Assembly (NCBI GenBank): GCA_963775465.1
Contig: CAVZIW010000008.1
Location: 32,001-96,000, forward strand
Length of the DNA: 64,000 nt
Direction: 5' to 3'
From: Candidatus Bathyarchaeota archaeon
GTDB taxonomy: Archaea > Thermoproteota > Bathyarchaeia > Bathyarchaeales > Bathycorpusculaceae
Shown here: in pieces, positions 59,536 through 64,000 of the stretch
Numbering within the stretch: the first letter of the stretch is position 1
Layout of the letters: the number at the start of each line of letters is the position of its first letter
The notes under the pieces: generated by a model
What the model was told of the DNA's origin: nothing
What the model saw: only the letters and a program-made list of their open reading frames with translations
Databases searched by the model: none
Made by a program: the position numbers and the translations under genes

Positions 59536-60728
59536 AACTAAGTAACTATCCAGTGGAAGGAAAATTCGGCAAGTTCGGCGGGCGCTTCGTTCCGGAGATC
59601 CTGATGGAAGCCATTACCGAACTCGAGAAAACTTATGGAAAAGTCAAGAAAGATCCAGCGTTCAAAAAAGAACTCAATTACTATTTGGCGGAATTCGTGG
59701 GCAGACCTACACCTCTATACTTTGCTGAGAACCTAACCAAAACTTTGGGCGGAGCAAAAATCTACCTTAAACGAGAAGACCTCGCCCATGGCGGTGCCCA
59801 CAAAATTAACAACACAATAGGTCAAACGCTTCTAGCTAAACGCATGGGTAAAACCCGCGTCATCGCAGAAACGGGAGCGGGGCAACATGGCGTAGCAACC
59901 GCCATCGCATGCGCAGCTTTAGGTCTAAAAGCAGAAGTTTATATGGGAACCGAAGACTGCGAACGGCAACGCCTAAACGTATTTCGAATGAAACTGTTGG
60001 GCGCCAAAGTTCACCCTGTAGATTCAGGCTCCAAAACACTTAAAGACTCCATTAACGAAGCATTTCGCGACTGGGTAACCAACATCGAAACAACCTATTA
60101 CCTGATCGGCTCAGTGGTAGGTCCACATCCTTATCCTTTGATCGTCCGAGACTTCCAAAGTGTAATAGGCAACGAGCTCAAAGCTCAATTTAAACAAAAA
60201 GAAGGCAAACTACCAGATGCGCTAGTAGCCTGTGTAGGCGGCGGAAGCAACGCGATTGGAACCTTCTATTCCTTCGAAGACCACAAACAAGTCGCACTTC
60301 ACGGAGTGGAAGCAGCAGGAGCAGGCATCAAAACCGGAAAACACGCAGCATCACTAGGCGCAGGTTCAGAAGGCGTCTTCCACGGAATGCTAACCTATGT
60401 ACTGCAAGACAAAAACGGCCAAATCGCAAGCACCCACAGCGTTTCCGCAGGCTTAGACTACCCTGGCGTCGGACCCGAGCACAGCTTCCTAAAGATCTCA
60501 AAAAGAGCGCAATATGCATCAATCACTGACAAGGAAGCGGTAGATGCGTTTTTAACATTGTCCAAGCAAGAAGGAATTTTGCCCGCCTTGGAATCATCAC
60601 ATGCAATTGCTTATGCTATGAAGCTAGCGCCAAAAATGAAAAAAACCCAAACTATAGTCGTTACACTATCCGGACGAGGCGACAAAGACGTAGAAACAAT
60701 CGCAAAATTCATCGGTGAAAAAATATGA
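59532..60728 (+). CDS. trpB: Tryptophan synthase beta chain
   Basis: [50 protein letters not shown]. Confidence 0.97.
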   Translation: MKLSNYPVEGKFGKFGGRFVPEILMEAITELEKTYGKVKKDPAFKKELNYYLAEFVGRPTPLYFAENLTKTLGGAKIYLKREDLAHGGAHKINNTIGQTLLAKRMGKTRVIAETGAGQHGVATAIACAALGLKAEVYMGTEDCERQRLNVFRMKLLGAKVHPVDSGSKTLKDSINEAFRDWVTNIETTYYLIGSVVGPHPYPLIVRDFQSVIGNELKAQFKQKEGKLPDALVACVGGGSNAIGTFYSFEDHKQVALHGVEAAGAGIKTGKHAASLGAGSEGVFHGMLTYVLQDKNGQIASTHSVSAGLDYPGVGPEHSFLKISKRAQYASITDKEAVDAFLTLSKQEGILPALESSHAIAYAMKLAPKMKKTQTIVVTLSGRGDKDVETIAKFIGEKI

Positions 60729-61537
60729 ACGCCATAGCCAGAACATTCCAAAAACAAAACCAGCAAGGTAACGCTGTCCTAATCGGCTACATCATGGCAG
60801 GAGACCAAACACCGCAGCAAACACCAGAAATAGCTGATGCCCTTATCCGAGGAGGCGTAGACATTTTAGAATTAGGACTGCCCTTTTCTGACCCAATCGC
60901 TGACGGACCAACAATCCAAGCCGCAAGCATACGCGCTTTAACTTCAAATACAACCCCGCTGAACGTTTTAATAATTGCCAAACAAATAAAACAGAAACAC
61001 AACGACGTTCCGATCGTGATCATGACTTACTTCAATCCAGTTTTCAAAATAGGTCTCAACCTTTTCTGCCAAACAGCCAAAGAAAGCCAAGTTGACGGCT
61101 TTATTATTCCTGATTTGCCCGTTGAAGAAGCAGACGAATACAAGAAAACCGCAGAAACCTACAACATAGACACAATATTTCTAGCTGCCCCATCAACTTC
61201 AAACGAAAGATTATCCAAAATCGTTGCAGCATGTTCAGGCTTTCTGTACCTTATCTCCCATTTTGGCGTGACAGGAACCAAGTCGAACGTTGAAGACTCC
61301 ACAATTCAACTCATTAAACGGGTTAAACCTTTTACCAACGGAAAAGTCCCCTTGGCTGTAGGATTTGGAATATCAAAACCCGAACACATCAGACGAATCG
61401 TAGCAGCAGGAGCTGATGCAACTATCGTCGGAAGTTCCTTCGTAAAAATCATCCAAGAAAATACTAAGACTATGCTTAAAGACCTGCAATCAGCCGCCCG
61501 CGAATTTAAGGATGCCACTAAGATCATAGATTCTTAA
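60725..61537 (+). CDS. trpA: Tryptophan synthase alpha chain
   Basis: [36 protein letters not shown]. Confidence 0.96.
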   Translation: MNAIARTFQKQNQQGNAVLIGYIMAGDQTPQQTPEIADALIRGGVDILELGLPFSDPIADGPTIQAASIRALTSNTTPLNVLIIAKQIKQKHNDVPIVIMTYFNPVFKIGLNLFCQTAKESQVDGFIIPDLPVEEADEYKKTAETYNIDTIFLAAPSTSNERLSKIVAACSGFLYLISHFGVTGTKSNVEDSTIQLIKRVKPFTNGKVPLAVGFGISKPEHIRRIVAAGADATIVGSSFVKIIQENTKTMLKDLQSAAREFKDATKIIDS

Positions 61538-61585
61538 AGTCCCTTTCAGGGAAAGTATTAATGTCTCCTTAAACCAATAAGTTGC

Positions 61586-61905
61586 GGCGATGGATCTTAA
61601 GCGGTGGGTTAGGGGTCCATTGTATCCGTAAATCCTCTACATGACGGGCTGACATCTGCGGATGAGGCGTCAAAGGCCGTTTGGATCTTCATTTCCGAAA
61701 CGTTGAGTATCCGTCCTTTGAGGCTGGCGGTCAACGGGTGGTTTCCGTAGGGAAACTGCTTCGTTGTTTAGCAGGCGAAACCGGCTAGGCTCGGGAGAGA
61801 GCAACCTAAGTTTGGACGTTATGCGCTCAAGGGGGTGCGGGTATGAGTGTAGGGTTTGGGGTTTCCAGGCGGAGTCTAGGCGTCAAACCGCAGCGGTCCA
61901 TCGCT
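61586..61905 (+). ncRNA. ffs: Signal recognition particle (7S) RNA
   Basis: About 320-nt GC-rich segment; GGCGATGGA/TCCATCGCT terminal helix; helix-8-like GGCTAGGCTCGGGAGAGAGCAACC; upstream TATTAAT. Confidence 0.9.
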
Positions 61906-62020
61906 ACTCCAACTCCACACAAAAGCAAAGGTAAAAATGCTATTCTCGCTGGCAAAACAAAACAGTATTATTCTCGGGAAACACTCTGCAACAGTGAGCA
62001 CTTAAAACTGCATTTTACAT

Positions 62021-62077
62021 CATGGAAGGGTTGGTAGAACAACAACAAGAATTTTTAGGTGTTGTTGTTCTAGCAGA
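62021..62077 (+). repeat. 57-bp palindromic dispersed repeat, copy 2
   Basis: CATGGAAGGGTTGGTAGAACAACAACAAGAATTTTTAGGTGTTGTTGTTCTAGCAGA matches the reverse complement of 2301-2357. Confidence 0.85.
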
Positions 62078-62078
62078 C

Positions 62079-62627
62079 TCACTCTTTTCTATTAGACTCA
62101 TCAGAAGCCTTTCTATAAAACGCCTTTTCGACTACTCGAACATCCAAATTATGCTTAGCTGCAGTCTTCCTCAACGCAACAAGAAAACGCACATAGTTCT
62201 GAGGTGTATACAACCCCGGCGGTGCATTACCTAACACAGGCTTCCACACAGACTTATCAAAGACCCCGTACTGCTTAGGATCAAAGAATGCCAAGATAAC
62301 GCTAGCAAGCACGGGACTTATGCCCTCAAGCGTCGTCAAACAATTAATACGGTACATATCATCAGCGCCAGGTAAACTCAAAATCTGACTTGTTATCCGC
62401 ATAACCTTCTCCTCCGAATTGCGACCAACCAACTCCAAACCACGCGCCAACTTTTCAGAATCACCTTTAAACTTCCACTCAACAACACCAACCAAATCCT
62501 TACAACTAAGAAACTGGTTCTTACGAAACCTTGCACCCAACTCACGTTCACGCTGCGCCTGCCAACCAAACGCCTTGTCATACTTGCGGCTCCAAACTAA
62601 ATAGTCTGATTTATCCACACAATTCAC
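62079..62627 (-). CDS. Hypothetical protein with helix-hairpin-helix-like motif
   Basis: VVEWKF; L.TLEGISPVLASVIL...DP..YGVFD resembles HhH DNA-glycosylase-like proteins. Confidence 0.7.
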   Translation of the reverse strand: MNCVDKSDYLVWSRKYDKAFGWQAQRERELGARFRKNQFLSCKDLVGVVEWKFKGDSEKLARGLELVGRNSEEKVMRITSQILSLPGADDMYRINCLTTLEGISPVLASVILAFFDPKQYGVFDKSVWKPVLGNAPPGLYTPQNYVRFLVALRKTAAKHNLDVRVVEKAFYRKASDESNRKE

Positions 62628-62705
62628 CCTTAAACCAATACAAAGTAGACGCTGCAGAATTTCACTATTTCTCTAAAAATACAAAATAAGAAAAGGAAGA
62701 TGAAG

Positions 62706-62831
62706 TTAGTTTTGATCAACTAAGTGTGCAGTTCCATCTGGGCAGTAAACTTTTTCGTTTCTTGCCACTCGTCTGTACCGTTCGCTGCACATGTGCAGTA
62801 ATTCGCATCCGTCGCAATCTCTACTCAGCAT
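62706..62831 (-). CDS. 41-aa Cys-rich microprotein (not in ORF track)
   Basis: GGAGG SD 7 nt before ATG; MLSRDCDGCELLHMCSERYRRVARNEKVYCPDGTAHLVDQN*; TTATAAATA upstream. Confidence 0.7.
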   Translation of the reverse strand: MLSRDCDGCELLHMCSERYRRVARNEKVYCPDGTAHLVDQN

Positions 62832-63010
62832 TTATTCGCCTCCTTAGGGCTTTTTACAGAGGTTAGTTTTTATTTATAAGGCTATGTAACATGGATGAAT
62901 ATACATTTTTTCTCCTTTTGAATGTAGAGCATTTTTTATAAGCAGAGCAGTCAGATGAGCAGGGGGTGGCTGTTTTGGTTTGGCAATCTAATATTGTGTT
63001 GCTGTGCGTG

Positions 63011-63148
63011 CTATATCACCTTGTCAGCTGCAGTTTTTAACGCGTGGCTAACGCGTGAACGGACGTACCCCCTGAATATGATGGGCAGGGTGAGTAGCCC
63101 CAGCGCCAATATTGTTGTTGCTAAATCCATTATGCAATTTTCCACCAT
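63011..63148 (-). CDS. 45-aa single-TM microprotein (not in ORF track)
   Basis: MVENCIMDLATTILALGLLTLPIIFRGYVRSRVSHALKTAADKVI*; TM followed by a basic tail; TTTATAT upstream. Confidence 0.45.
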   Translation of the reverse strand: MVENCIMDLATTILALGLLTLPIIFRGYVRSRVSHALKTAADKVI

Positions 63149-63289
63149 GTTTTTTTTGCTCTGAAAGGGGAATGCTATTCGATGGATATAAACGAATTTG
63201 AGAAATGTTCATGACAATTAAGAAAAATCAATCAAATATGACGAAACAATGAAATTACATCCACCTTCGTAGGTATATTCAGTTAAAAG

Positions 63290-63677
63290 ATGGATAAACA
63301 TCCAAAAAATCTGCTCGTGCAATCCTTAAATCATAAAGCCACCATAAACCTAATCGACAACTATGGGCGATCAAACCAAAAAATTCCATTTCCAAGAAAT
63401 CAACAAAATCCTCCAATTCCCTGCCGAAGGCAATCAAGGCAAATACCTTGGATACAAAATCCAAATCAAAAATCCCCCAACCGAAAACCAACCCGTACAA
63501 GACGTAAGCCTTTGCCAATTTCTCGAATCCACTGAAGTTGAACAAAACTACCCTCACACCGTCGGTTACTACAAAGAATCAAGCGAAGGCGCCAACTTCA
63601 ACCCCCAATATCTCGAGATACGAAAAATCGCGAATATTGAAGAGTTCTGGTTATTTCTCAATACCTGCAACCTTTAA
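63290..63677 (+). pseudogene. Hypothetical protein probably split by a 1-nt frameshift
   Basis: ORFs 63290 and 63363 join into one reading if one G of TATGGGCGAT (about 63365) is removed. Confidence 0.5.
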
Positions 63678-63755
63678 AAAGACCCGTTTAAAAAAATGCA
63701 GAACAAAAATCTGCACTATCCAATTTTGTTATTCTATCCTTATCAACAGTTCAAG

Positions 63756-63998
63756 CTATATCATTGGAGACCTATGAACAATTAAGCTTTCGATAGTTCG
63801 AAGCAGTTGATACCCGAAAAGAATCGCTGCGAAGTAGGTCGGCCATAAAATCACTGGCCAGTTGCCCGGAGTATAGTTCCATAACCCCGTGGAAACAGCA
63901 AAGAATTCCATGAGCGCCAACGATATCATTCCACCTAAAGCCAACATCACTTGCTCTTTTACCTCATGTTTAGCTTTCCAGTTGCGACGCATAACCAT
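63756..63998 (-). CDS. Membrane protein, probably 5'-truncated by the window edge
   Basis: Hydrophobic segments, E.FAV.TGLW.Y. Confidence 0.6.
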   Translation of the reverse strand: MVMRRNWKAKHEVKEQVMLALGGMISLALMEFFAVSTGLWNYTPGNWPVILWPTYFAAILFGYQLLRTIESLIVHRSPMI

Positions 63999-64000
63999 TA

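Noticed and set aside
61586-61600. GGCGATGG as a fluoride riboswitch start
   Set aside because: It is the 5' strand of the SRP RNA terminal helix; no crcB-type gene follows
61843-62234. Short plus-strand ORFs
   Set aside because: Overlap SRP RNA and the repeat, or lie antisense to 62079-62627
1-64000. CRISPR array, transposase, integrase, rRNA; numerous antisense ORFs inside long genes
   Set aside because: No regularly spaced repeats or recognisable motifs seen by eye; antisense ORFs are shadows of well-supported genes

Overview
Archaeal chromosomal window, most consistent with Bathyarchaeia (inferred from archaeal TyrS/ValS, SRP RNA, TATA-type promoters and the lineage-typical secreted PQQ-like beta-propeller). 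Protein-coding content: an arsR/ferredoxin/arsC locus; a DsrE-TusA-IscS-IscU sulfur/Fe-S cluster; a tandem array of three membrane-anchored SGNH hydrolases and two acyltransferase-3 proteins; several nitroreductases; a YHS-fused alpha-glucan phosphorylase, phosphomutase and P3A H+-ATPase operon; uvsE and uvrBAC; a di-heme cytochrome c peroxidase; valS-nadX; and a trpE(G)DCBA operon with a frameshifted trpE and no trpF. RNA features read from the DNA: tRNA-Leu(CAG), tRNA-His(GTG), tRNA-Lys(CTT), SRP RNA, a TPP riboswitch before thiT, a candidate box C/D sRNA, a candidate two-hairpin H/ACA RNA and further unexplained structured RNAs. A 57-bp palindromic element occurs twice, about 60 kb apart, each copy just downstream of a stable-RNA gene. 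No CRISPR array, transposase or integrase was seen. All protein calls come from motif recognition by eye, not database searches.
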